Assembly (NCBI GenBank): GCA_002633005.1
Contig: NMRA01000292.1
Coordinates: forward strand, 271,328 to 335,327
Reading direction: 5' to 3'
DNA length: 64,000 nt
Source of the DNA: Phoronis australis
Lineage: Eukaryota > Animalia > Phoronida
The notes beneath the pieces are model-generated. The model was not told where the DNA came from, made no database searches, and saw nothing but the letters and a program-made list of their open reading frames with translations. Both the position numbers and the translations under genes were made by a program. Shown here in pieces: positions 33,108 through 44,866 of this stretch (its first letter is position 1; each line of letters starts with the position of its first letter).

Positions 33108-34340
33108 TCACATGGTACCGAACCACCATTCGAGTTGCACGTGCAAAAGATCAATTAGTGTATAGTAATAGGCGGGCTCTAAGTGAACAGGATCGGAAGT
33201 CCTATAGTGTTCGAGCACGAAAGTGTTGTTGCTCACGTGAAAGTTATCAAGATAGGAAATGTTTAAAGACTCCATGATTATGCTAGCTTCCGAGTTGTAC
33301 AAAGACAAAACGTCATTCCTCGTGACATTTTTATATTTTGGCGGCACTTTACTCTCGTCCACGCTCGGTGTGTTGATGAACAGAATCTTCGCATTAGGAA
33401 AGTTGGTTATTAGCATCTCGGCGTACCAACGTAGATTGGCTTTGTACGCGGTGATGTTACCATATGCGAGGTCATGCATCCCAGTATTGAATACGATAAC
33501 TGTTGGAGGTCCCGTTTTCTTCAAGTAGTCTACAACGTTCTCTTGTGTTGTTTCGAACTTTGCTGATTGCACTGTCACGTCTCGAGCAAATTCCACGGGC
33601 ATGTATTCTAAACTCGTTGATACCGGTTTTTTCCTGCAGGTCAACCATGTCGGTTTACAGCCGGAGCAGTCGGTGCAGCCGCGATGAATTTTACCGAAGT
33701 GTACGGGTCCTTCTAAGCCTTGTCGTGGCGGCCAGTGCCTGTGTTTAGCATCTTTAACTTTGAGATAAGTGCGAAACAAACATCTTGATTTTTTGAAATT
33801 TCGAGTCCCGCCCTTGCAAGGCATACTTCCCATAAGCAAGCGTCGAAAAAACTTATAAGTGTTTGAATCGCCCAACAGTAACATTCTTTTAAGTTTGTAG
33901 TCCATCATCGGGGTTTTGACCTCCGGTAACTCACACGTGCGCGGTTTCCAGACGAATCTTTTTCCTTCTTTTGCCCACTGACCTTGTGATGTCGCCTGCG
34001 ACATTGTTGTGCATGCGGACACTTTCTTTCTGGACGTCTTGGCGTTTGCTGGATTTCTCGTTGTCCTAATCGATGGAAACGTAACCTTGTTCGCAGCCTT
34101 TGTCGTGACGACGTCCGCAGCCCTAGCCATATGAAATCCATCCCTTTGATTACTTGTAATCTGAGTAACACCATTAAATACCATAAATGATTTATTTGGA
34201 ACTCTTGTACGTAACATTTCGAAATGAAGCGAATAATTTTTTGACAAAACCATTCGTACGTTGGTGAAGTCAGTTTTCAACACCAAATAATAGGTTGTCG
34301 AAGCACATAGCAGCACGATAACAAAGAACGCCAATGACAT
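33108..34340 (-). CDS. PC-esterase/SGNH-domain type II membrane protein (NXPE/PCED/TBL-like putative glycan O-acyl esterase or transferase)
   Basis: 410-aa ORF: N-terminal hydrophobic anchor, T/K-rich stem, C..GQW..WKPRTCEL motif, LLGDS (block I), FNTGMHD (block III) and DPVH (block V), so the Ser-Asp-His triad is intact. Confidence 0.85.
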   Translation of the reverse strand: MSLAFFVIVLLCASTTYYLVLKTDFTNVRMVLSKNYSLHFEMLRTRVPNKSFMVFNGVTQITSNQRDGFHMARAADVVTTKAANKVTFPSIRTTRNPANAKTSRKKVSACTTMSQATSQGQWAKEGKRFVWKPRTCELPEVKTPMMDYKLKRMLLLGDSNTYKFFRRLLMGSMPCKGGTRNFKKSRCLFRTYLKVKDAKHRHWPPRQGLEGPVHFGKIHRGCTDCSGCKPTWLTCRKKPVSTSLEYMPVEFARDVTVQSAKFETTQENVVDYLKKTGPPTVIVFNTGMHDLAYGNITAYKANLRWYAEMLITNFPNAKILFINTPSVDESKVPPKYKNVTRNDVLSLYNSEASIIMESLNISYLDNFHVSNNTFVLEHYRTSDPVHLEPAYYYTLIDLLHVQLEWWFGTM

Positions 34341-36979
34341 CTGAGTTAAACATTGTGCAGAGGACGAGTGACTGGAACCTCCTGAAAACGTAGAATTTAA
34401 GTAAATGATTAAGGAAAGAAGATGGCTTCAGACCAGCCACCACTCCATCAAGTGAACATGTAACTTTCTGGTGCGACACCCCCGGGCAAAACCTTGGTGA
34501 ACCAACGATGAAAATGCTGTCACATTGGGTAACAATTTGTGGTTTACTTTTGGAGTTGCCATAAGCCTGAAACAATTTTGCTGCGACAATTTGTGGTCAT
34601 TAAGACTACAAATTAAAATACATGGGCAACCGTCGCCGTAGCACAGATTGTGGCAATTACTAATCGTTGCTGTGTTTCCTGAGTCACCGCAGACAGACCA
34701 AGAGACCAAAATATATCAACACGACCAGACAGATAGAACTTCAGGCAGACAGACAGTGGTGAGGGTTTACCTTTGAAAAGTATTATTTTTAAAACGTGCT
34801 CATTCGTAACTTGTAAGTAATTTTACTTCAATGAAGTCGACAAAACACTTCCAGTTAACCCTATGCTCCCTTATTGAAACATTTCATAAAAATTATTTCT
34901 TCTCGAGTACTTTCATTGACGCTCATAGGCACATTCTCCTACTTTAAGGTGCAAGTAGACATCCATATCAAGCGCACCATATAGGCGCTCGTCGTGCCCC
35001 GTAGATAGGCCGGTCTTCTTTTAACAGGCCATTGCGTACAATTAATACTTGATTAACTGACCTTTAATCTAAATACAAAATTTTTAATCGTGATTCCCCC
35101 CTCCAGTTGTGGAATGAACCATTTTCATAGGCGCGAGCAGAATCGTCAATGCTCCAAAACTTTCAAAACTACTTTTGCAAACCGTATGTGTACCCAAGTG
35201 CACATTGTTTGTACCGCGACAACTTAAGGTTCGAAGGTCTGTACAAATCAAAGCCATTTGAAGCCCATAACACTTTGTAAAACCCCACAAACCACAATTT
35301 GTCGCAACGGAGAATTGCGACAGTTCATGTGAAAGAACTGCCCAAACTGTCGCAATTTTAGGCCGCAGGGTACAGGAGACTTATAAAACCATTCCTATGC
35401 CCTCTTTGGGAGTAGGCAATTTTGTTTTGATGATCAATAACTATTTATGTTTAATATTCCACATTTCCACGGAGTTTGACTTTTAACTTGATAATACATT
35501 TGCAAAATCCTTTTGGGTGTAACAGTAACGACTTGTTTTTCAATAAAAATTCATTGAACTTACAGAAGATGGCGCTAAAAGTTCACTTTCAATTCCAGAT
35601 CTTCCATACTTTCTTTATTAAAAAAGTTTTAACAATTTGTTTAACACCAATCTTACATTTATTTTAGTTTGTAAACTGAGAACATTTTAATTCAACAAAG
35701 TGAAAGTAACCCCAAAATTTCAAGAGAAAAATCAGTCATACTGATTTATCAAATTAGACAGGACCTAACACTTTTTGTGGTTTTGATCATCTAACAAAAA
35801 GAAATATTGGGATTCATTGCAGTGTTGATTTGACTTTTGTTTTAAGAGAAATTGCATTTTCTAGAATGAAATTGATTGCAGTGCCAACACGCTATGAAAA
35901 AGGAACTAATCCTTGGCTCTCTAGCCTATTTATTCTTTCATCCCACTGTTTCTCAGACGATATTTTTTAAATCCTGATGATACTTGTCTTCATGGTCCTC
36001 CGCCACCATGTCCCCTCGGCTCAGTGTCCTCCAAAACGATGTTCCCCAAGCCAGGTAATTCCTCTATTTCTGCGCGACGTCATGTTGTGCATCAGGTGCA
36101 TACAAACCAACATTTTGAGGGAGGGGGGGGATTGAATTGAAATTAAAGACAACCTAGGCAATTAAGGGACACTTTTCAATGAAAAGGGAAACACAAAATT
36201 GATTTTTGACCGGTATGTTCTGAACCAACTGTGAAATAGTACATTCCAAATTTCTTTGGAAACGGCTGTTCTCAAAAACAGCAAGAAGTCCCAACACATG
36301 TGAGTAGCACTGGTTTTTGGCTGTATTATATCGCCTGCAACTCAGCTGCCGGTTTCTCGGTAACTACAGTGTTAAATACCCTAGTTATTTAATTATTTTC
36401 TAAAATGTGACAAGCTCAATGCACAATTAGGTCTACAGTTGTTTTCATCTTTGTTATCTCTTTTCAAGTAATAAATCGTTACATTTAATATTGTTTTCTT
36501 TTACTAGAGTAAACTTGTAACCTAACGCGCAAGTTCGTACACCGCCATGTGAACTGTCTAGGTCAGGTACTACACAAATCTGCCCAAAAATAAAAGAAAC
36601 CTAAGAATTTAAAGCGTATGGGATAATTCGGTCTCGGTCGATACGCGGAACAATGTCAGACTCGTGGAATATTATTTCATCTACGTCACTCTTGGTACGT
36701 TTTGCGCATGTATTATGTAAGTTAGTTATCCTCTTGACAGGTGCAGACAAGCGACAAAACCTCAGCAAACTGGGTTGGGACTTGTTATAGTGTGTCCTAG
36801 CTAATCTGATTTTTGACTTTTTACCAATCTGCCACTAATAAGGTCACGTAAAATGTAGCTAAAACGAAAGGTACATTGATAACAAACAACATTATACCTC
36901 AGTATTAGCCTCGAATGGCCAATACAACCGTGTAATAACCCATTTAGTTATCTCCCTAGTGAGATAAAATTTTGGCGGG

Positions 36980-37050
36980 AACCGAGGCCGGTGTCGAACC
37001 CGGTCCGCAAGAATTTCGGGTCGTCGAGTTTACCACTGCACCACTCAGTG
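36980..37050 (-). mobile_element. tRNA-derived sequence (SINE head or pseudo-tRNA) with Pol III A and B boxes
   Basis: Minus strand: tggtgcagtgg (A box), ggttcgacacc (B box), actgag/ctcggt acceptor-like pairing, TTTT shortly downstream. The D, anticodon and T stems pair poorly. Confidence 0.6.
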
Positions 37051-39900
37051 GCTGACGTCATCGAACGTGAAAATAGAACACTTAAATGAGCACGCGCAAC
37101 AACCGCATGTTCAACAAAGGGCATTGTACCGATATTTATACGCTATGAAAAATGAGACGCATAATTTCCATAACAACGATACTTTAATTCAGTGAAATTT
37201 ATCTCTCATTTTCTCTCACTTGTAAATCATCGATCTCCAGTTTTAATCCGGGTATCGTGTCGTCGGGATCCTTTGACTTGAGCACTATACTCAGTTACCA
37301 GTGGTAACCTACTTTATCTTTATTAGACGCTATTTTCCCGGTCGAAACTTAGCGTGTGTAGTAAGCTATAATAGTTGCTAATTTTCAATTGGTTTTAAGT
37401 AAAAGCATTATTTGACAAAAATAGCGCGGCTTTTCTTAAAAGGTCACGACCTCCGACCCCTAGGCAACAAGTAGCCCCTCGGTTGGCCATTTAGGGGCTA
37501 CAATACTTCCATTCGCTTTCTGTACGCATTTGGTTACATGTATTTTAAACGGGCAGTAAGCCAAATCCAGCCACCGATTTTGAGTTTTCACCTCTACTTC
37601 TATACATATCTTCGATGAAGTTTACTTGTGAGAATTAAAGTGACTTTGGCGAAGAATTCCAACTCCACTTTTTGGTTGCCGTTAACTTTTTCACCACGCA
37701 CGCGATAATCACAAAGTATGTCAACTGAGTCACGTGAGTTAGGCCAAGGCTAGCGCGAGACTGAGCGAAGCGCGTGACGCTAGCGCGCGACACTTGCAAA
37801 ATAGCATGAGAAGGTATCAAGTGAAATTTGTAAGATTTGTGTCCCTTGGACTTTTTATTTGTCAACATGCATGATTTCACGTAACTTCCTCAAAAGGGCA
37901 CCCGGTAAGAGAAACTCGAGAAAACCACGACAGATTTTCATCGATTTGTTCAAATTATCTCGACTGAATCGTCTCCAGACTTATGGCATGAGTTGTTTGT
38001 AACTCCATGTGCATATATGCATGTTTCATTTGATTTTATTTCCTGTATTTTGAAATGAGTAACTTTTTGTGGGGATGTACTATCGCTCCTGTATGCCTGC
38101 GGCATCCAGGGCGATGTAATTGCCTATCCGACCCCGGGCCTCTGACATAGAAAGTAGTTACAAAGCCGAGGCGAGTCGATAAAGGTAGATCGACTCATTG
38201 CAATGTTTCTCGTTCAGTATGTGGTATAAATAGATTATTACATGTTCTCAGTCGTTATCCCCCGTATTCTAGAGCCCTCGTGGATTTTGGAGAATTATCG
38301 CCCGAGGAGCTGTAAATCTATATGTATCAATAACATGATCAAACTTTATTTGATATAAATGTTCAGGATTAAAATATTTCGTTTTCGTTTTATGCAACTT
38401 TTTCATGAAAATCATAAAAATCCTATTTTTTGATAAACCCTCATCAAACGAGGGAAATTTTACTAAATAATTCCTAGCAGCGTTTTGGAGAACAGTGCAT
38501 AAAGCCATAGAACACTAGAGTTCTATGGTAAAGCATAACATCTGAAAGTTTCATATGAATACGATCAGCCATTTCTGAGATCTGTTGTCCCGAAGATAGT
38601 CAGATTTGGATATTTTTCTACTAGGGTCCCACATAACAAAAGTATTTTAAACTAACATAGCCACTAGAACATTTACCGAAGATATGACATCTGTGGAGTG
38701 ACTCCACCGCAAAATTGTTAGCCTCACTCACTCATGGGGCCAGAACAAAAATACCCTATTCACCCCAAACAGCAAATCTGCCGCTGAAATTCGACAAAGT
38801 AAAATTCTAATTATTGATTGTTAATTCTGGATATGTCACATACATCTACGTATCCGGCCTAACTGGCCTAACTAATGATACTTTCGCCGTAAAGTCGTAG
38901 TCATATACTCACGTGCCGACTTATGATGACGACTTAGGTACATCTTTCATCAATGGAACAATGCGTCGCTAGTGTAAAACCTTCACAAACCGATATCTAC
39001 TATGACTGCAAACGACGTGGCTACGTCCGTGTAAGAGGCAAATCGTGCTCATATATCTACATTACCCATGGGGCAACCACCGCGCAGGCATAAGGGAAGC
39101 TAGATCGAGAGTTGTATCGTGCAACAGCTCGAATGTTGCGCTTTTCCTAAACTCCTCCTAACATATTAACACACTGTCGCACAGATTTGGTCACTTACAG
39201 TGGTGTTTCTGTTTGCTTAACAGTGGTGCTTGACCACTGAAGTGACAGCATTTGTGTATTACTAAGCCGGGCAACATATTGACAGATTAATAGAACAAAC
39301 ACATCTGCTCCTGAATGTGCGGGCAATGTCGTGATTATGATTTTGAGGCATTGTCGCTCCCGCTCGTTCCCAAAACGACCGTGCCGGCCTTTCAGCTTCA
39401 TTTTAGTCAAAAACGCCATGAAAGGAATTTTAACTTAAGTTGTTTCAGTTGAAACTGAAATAATGCTCATTCAACGCAACTCACTCAACTGCAGCCATAT
39501 GTAATGAGGTTTCCACGGAAACCCCGCCCACTTAAAAAACTTGAAAAATAAATAGTAAAATAAGGCAAACATAAACAGGACTGAAAGTTACGAGATGTTT
39601 AGATATTAATGACATCCTTCGACTGATGGAACTCGTCTTGTCTTCTAGATTCTTCTAATTATCATAGAAATGATGCAGTTTCTACCGGGTGTCTTCCAAT
39701 ATAACCATCAGTATAAAATCTTAATTTAGTCCTCTAAAATTCGTCACGTGCACCTTTAAAAATATTCCTTCGACATGCAAGCGTGCTTGACCGAGCATGG
39801 CCATTTATGACAAGAGAACACGTCGGTTGTATAATATTAATATGCTTTTGACTTACAGTATAGGTAGTAAATATGAGGTGAGTGAGCGAATTAGGAAATG

Positions 39901-41572
39901 TCAGACAAACGCGGAAAAGTGTTTCCACTCAATTTGATTGGGATCGGTCTCTGCAAGGGCCGCCTCGGCTTTAAGACATTCGCAGTTGGGCTCCGTGTCC
40001 CCTGATGCAGTCTGTTTGAAATTCACAGATTTACACTCTAAATGCCGCGAACAATAGGCTATGCATTCTATTTCTCTCCTCATTGTGGAACTGCTGATTA
40101 GATCCGTTTTCACGCAGATCAGTTTCCCGCGTCTTGTGGTTACGGTCATCCCTGCTGGCGAGTCCTCATCTATAAAAAGAAGAATTGCAGTTGATAGTGT
40201 TTGTTTTAGTGTCAAGTACATTGTTCATGTTGAACGTTCAAATATCATACAGCACGTGAATTGTATTAGGTCTAACAATTAATATGTATCCAGTCAGAAT
40301 TGGAGATATTTGTCAGCCCAGAATGAGACTTAATAATAATTTATCCACACACAATCTCAGAGCATAGCTAGCTTTTAAACAAAACTCACACAGCCTATTC
40401 CTGACTCACAGTTTGTGCCGTGCTCTTGCAGTGGCTTAAAAATGGCGCGAAAAGTGTAGTTAAAGTAGGTTACTTGCCTAGTAGACTGGTGGATATTCGA
40501 ATGGTTAAGCCGAGTTTTCTCAGGTGAAATTAATAGTTACTAGGACCACCAGAATGGGCAGAACATAATAAACACATGGAAGGCTTCAATGCAAGTATCC
40601 TCCCTGAATAGACGCCTCGGTATCAGTTTACTGAGATTACCCATCTTTTGGTCCAGAGCTCTGGCGTTGTTGTACAGGAACATCGACAGAGGGAGACGCA
40701 ATTTTCAAGGGAAAGGGACAGTCAGTCACCATTCGCTAGCAAAGGGAACTAGGCGACTCCACAACATCGGGAGAAAATAACATTGAGCTTTTCCATATGT
40801 TTTTGTCCTCTAACATAGTGTTAGTTTTATTCCTTCTTATCCTCCTAGTAGGGACTGCTCATGTTATCCTGTCTTTACATGGGCGGCCGGCGGAGCACTG
40901 AAAAAAGTCGGGGGGGGGGGGGGCTATACCCTNTGTGGTGCACCGCCTATAGACCATTGGCGGCGCAGCATTGAAAAAAGTGGGGCTATAACCCCCGCAG
41001 CCCCCTATGGTGCGCCGCCCATTGTGCGTGTTACAGTGATACAACGGCCGCGGAGTCGAGTCGTTGTTCATTGACACCCGGTCTCTGCAAACTCGTCTAT
41101 GTTTTCCCAAACTAAGTACCTCTTTGTTGGACACGTCACCTGCCTATTCGGCGGAAATAATTTGTTCGTTTCTCAAATAACCTGTCTGTTCGTCACTTGT
41201 TCGTTCGCCAAATATATTGTCTGTTTATTGACTGTTTCTAGTTTGAGCATTTCGAGTTCGGTGCCCATACAAACCTCAACAATGCACAAAGCAACGAGAC
41301 TGCGGATGAAGATTACCTCGGTTTTCACAAAGCTTCCCGTATGTGTTTTTCAGACACAGGCACGTGTACGTGCCGTTTTCTGGGTGGTATTTCACTGTAC
41401 TCAGTCTTTTACAAGGACTGAACAACGGGATCTCGTTGGAGATGGTTTCCTTTATGTAGTATCTGATGTTAGTGGGCTGAATGTTAGGATCCAGGAAACC
41501 TGTGGATGGCCTTGTCAGTGCACCGAGAGATGGCGTTGCTGAATCAGACGTTGTCAGAATGCCTTCATCTCT
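39901..41572 (-). CDS. Final exons: EGF-like (41572-41317) and PAN/Apple (40169-39901)
   Basis: SPC..YTCLCLKNTYGKLCE; ECIAYCSRHLECKSVNF..NCECL, then stop. Confidence 0.75.
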
Positions 41573-44500
41573 CTGCAAAAATGATAGCTTTGGTAAAAAT
41601 CGGAGTTTGTTATAGGAATCTGGATGACAGGAGACGGCTTTTAAAAGACTTTCAAGATTGGTAACGTGCTGGTGGCGCAGTGGTTAAGTTGTGACTTGCG
41701 AGCAAGAGTAGCCCGAAAACGAGTCACGATAAGATGAGATCCGCATTACTGCGAAATAGTTTCGAAATTTCTTTTTAATATTAAATCTCTTAGTTTGAGT
41801 AGATAACATTGCATACATGTAAAATAACTTATTGGGAATGAAAATGATTTTATTTATATTCGTAATCATTTGTCATTGTAGTCTTAACATCAGTTAATCA
41901 ATTTATTGGATTTCTTTGTGATTGTTTAGCCCAGATACAATGCCTCTTGGCGCTTTCTGGGTCGGTATATTTATTGTACTATTTCATAATAAATATTAAA
42001 AAAATCACAATCTGTCCAAATTATAAATAAGCTGAACCTTTTGACCTCGATCACGACAAAATCCGGCATCAAGCACACACCCGATACGACAAGACGCGGC
42101 CTGCCGTTGTTCAATCGAACACATGCACGCACCGAGGGGGGGCTCAGGGGGCTCAAACGAGTCCCCATTTGGTGAAGTGGGCAAAAGGTTCGCCTCAGAG
42201 AAACAAAATCTCCGAAAAAAGCAGAAAACGAGACAAAAGTCCTCTATAGAGGCAGCAACTACCAAAAATCAGCGAATGTACAATTCAAATCTCTGAACGT
42301 ACTCCGTGAATCTTGGTAGAAGGTCCACATTCTCAAAAATTAGAGCCCTTCAGTTTTTTAGGCTGAGTGCGCGCACGAAACATGTGATCTTGTTGCCAGG
42401 CTGTCATGAAGTAACGCACGGGGTACGACTTTTTATCGACGACGATGCTCTATCTCTGTGTGCAGGCCTCAGGACACACCACTAACCATGATTCCAGCTA
42501 ACAAAAATAGATGTAGAGTGGCCCTGCGCGGGACCAAGCGTTTGACGTTTTTGGTGCGGAGACAATTAATATAAAGAGATTTCAATGACCTCAAAACATA
42601 AAACTAACATCAGAAATGAACTCCCCACCTCCAAAAATATTGAAAACTTGGTATTACAATATGTTCTAATGGTAACAATACCCGTGATGCGCGAATTTCC
42701 ACTTTCGGCAGCGGCCATATTGTTTTTTTTTACATAACGGCCACCAGGGGGATAGCACAGTTTGTTTGCGGTGTTTTTTTGAAAATTGTTTAATTTATTC
42801 CTAACACTGTACCAAATTGCAAAAACATGTCACAAAGTGCTCTATTTTTATTAATTACCTTCCCGCTAATCTGCAACCTTATGGACCTACCTTTAAGTAA
42901 GGCAAGCACCGTGACAACGTCGTCTTGACCTGGTCATGATTTTCGGACCCCACGAAAGTTAAACGAGTTTTGTTTTGACACTTCGATGCCAAAAACGAGT
43001 TGCCGACATGTGACGTCCATTGGCCATACGTGCTGCCGTCAGCGTCAATGCGGTAACTAAAGTAATCACTCTCGGATACAGCTTTCACGTGGTCATCCAA
43101 AAGAGATAGTATAGAGTAATCGACAAGACTTGGTTGAGAGGCACCAATTAACTTGTGTGCAGACCAGGTGCTCGTGGTGACACTCAAAACCATCATCCAC
43201 GCCGTTGTTGAAGATAAATCGCAATAAATTGGTGTTAGCACATTGTTCATATTTATTAGGTACCACCCACTCTCAGCTTGCGGTTTGAGGTGCTTCAATT
43301 CAACACACGATCTAATATTTTCCGTCTCTTCACACCTTATCTTTGTGTAATTGTACTCGCCGTCGAATACTTCGGAGGCGGAACCATTTTCACTTCGCGT
43401 GGCAAAGTTTAGGATGCATCTTTTAAGCGATGGCGAGTAGCTAACAGACACACACGTTCCCAAACCTTCACATTCTGCTTTGCATTCTGTCAACGACAGT
43501 ACATCCTCAACTGTTTTGTTCAATGAATTCTGTAGAAGTACCCCCATTTTCAAGTCATACCAGCGTTTTGTGCAAGGTATGCATTGTCTGACATATCTGC
43601 GCACAATCAAGTTAGCAAGAGTCCAGTTACGGCCATGGTAGGATCTCATTTTCAAATAACAATCGCCGTTCGTCTCGTCGTAATATATTTCACGACAGTA
43701 CCAGTCCATGTCGCATTTTATTGTACACAAGTCGAGGTTCGCGTTTTTTAGTTTCTTAAAACTAGTTCCCGTTATGTTCGTCACCACTTCGGTTTGTACC
43801 ATAATCTGCAAGCCCACACATTCCTTGTGAAATACGGCAACAAAACCGCGATTTTCCGACGTGTCGTCCGATTTAAAGTTAACGAGCATCTGGTTGCTGA
43901 TTGATCTTATTGGGCCAGGTTTTGTAAAGCCGCAAAGTCCTGGTGAAAGCATCTGGTTATTATCGAGCGGGTCAAAAGCTTGTACGAAATCTTGCTGGCA
44001 GTTCGACGAATCCACAATCTGCAGAAGTGCGGAAAGAAATAACCTTTATAACAACAAGAGAGCAATTGTAAGGCAGAAACAACAACGCAGTGTTTTGAAA
44101 TAAGACAAACTTACTTCTAGTTTTGTACCAACACTACTATGGACATTTTACCGTCCGGAAAATTGTGAGATATACACATGTTCCTCGCCATATATTGTTG
44201 GCTGGAAATGAAGCTTGACTGACCCGGCAGTATCCCGCAATTCCGCGTTGCAGATGTTCCTTAAGTTAGACCTCAACTACGAAAAGGTCAATGCCGCGAG
44301 CTAGGTGACATTTTCATTTAGTTGATGAGTTAAACCGTCTCCATATTGTTTTGCTTGGTGTACCTTGAAGTTTTGGGCTCAAGGAAACTCTGGAAGCATT
44401 TTGATATTAAATACCTATCATAATTTCAACCTCAACGAATAATAAGGTATTTTCAGAAACGTCTTACATACCCGGAAGCGAAAGAAGGTCAGAACTACCC

Positions 44501-44822
44501 TGTATGGTTTGGATACTGTGATTCTCCATGAGCAGTCACTGTTGGGAAGGTAGTTATGATCTGAAACAACACAAGTTACATCACATGAATATGCAACACT
44601 GTGAGTCGGATTAAACTCATTGATCCTACGACCATCAGATGAATCTCGATATTTCTATAAGCATCCAATTCTGTCACTACATGCTCATTTTCAGCCTATC
44701 CTGATGAAAGTACACAACCGTGGTACACGACTACTCAGAGTTTAATCTTACAGTAGTACACGAGAACACTTGCACTTTTGCTAAAAAAGTCCATTTAAAG
44801 CAGCAGCAGCAGGAGCAGCAGC

Positions 44823-44866
<44 letters not shown>

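Noticed and set aside
36980-37050. Functional tRNA gene
   Set aside because: The D, anticodon and T stems do not pair properly; kept only as tRNA-derived.
40878-41005. G-run and duplicated gcggc..gca.tgaaaaaagt motif as a G-quadruplex regulatory element
   Set aside because: It is a small MITE-like repeat spanning an N (40933), so the structure is unreliable.
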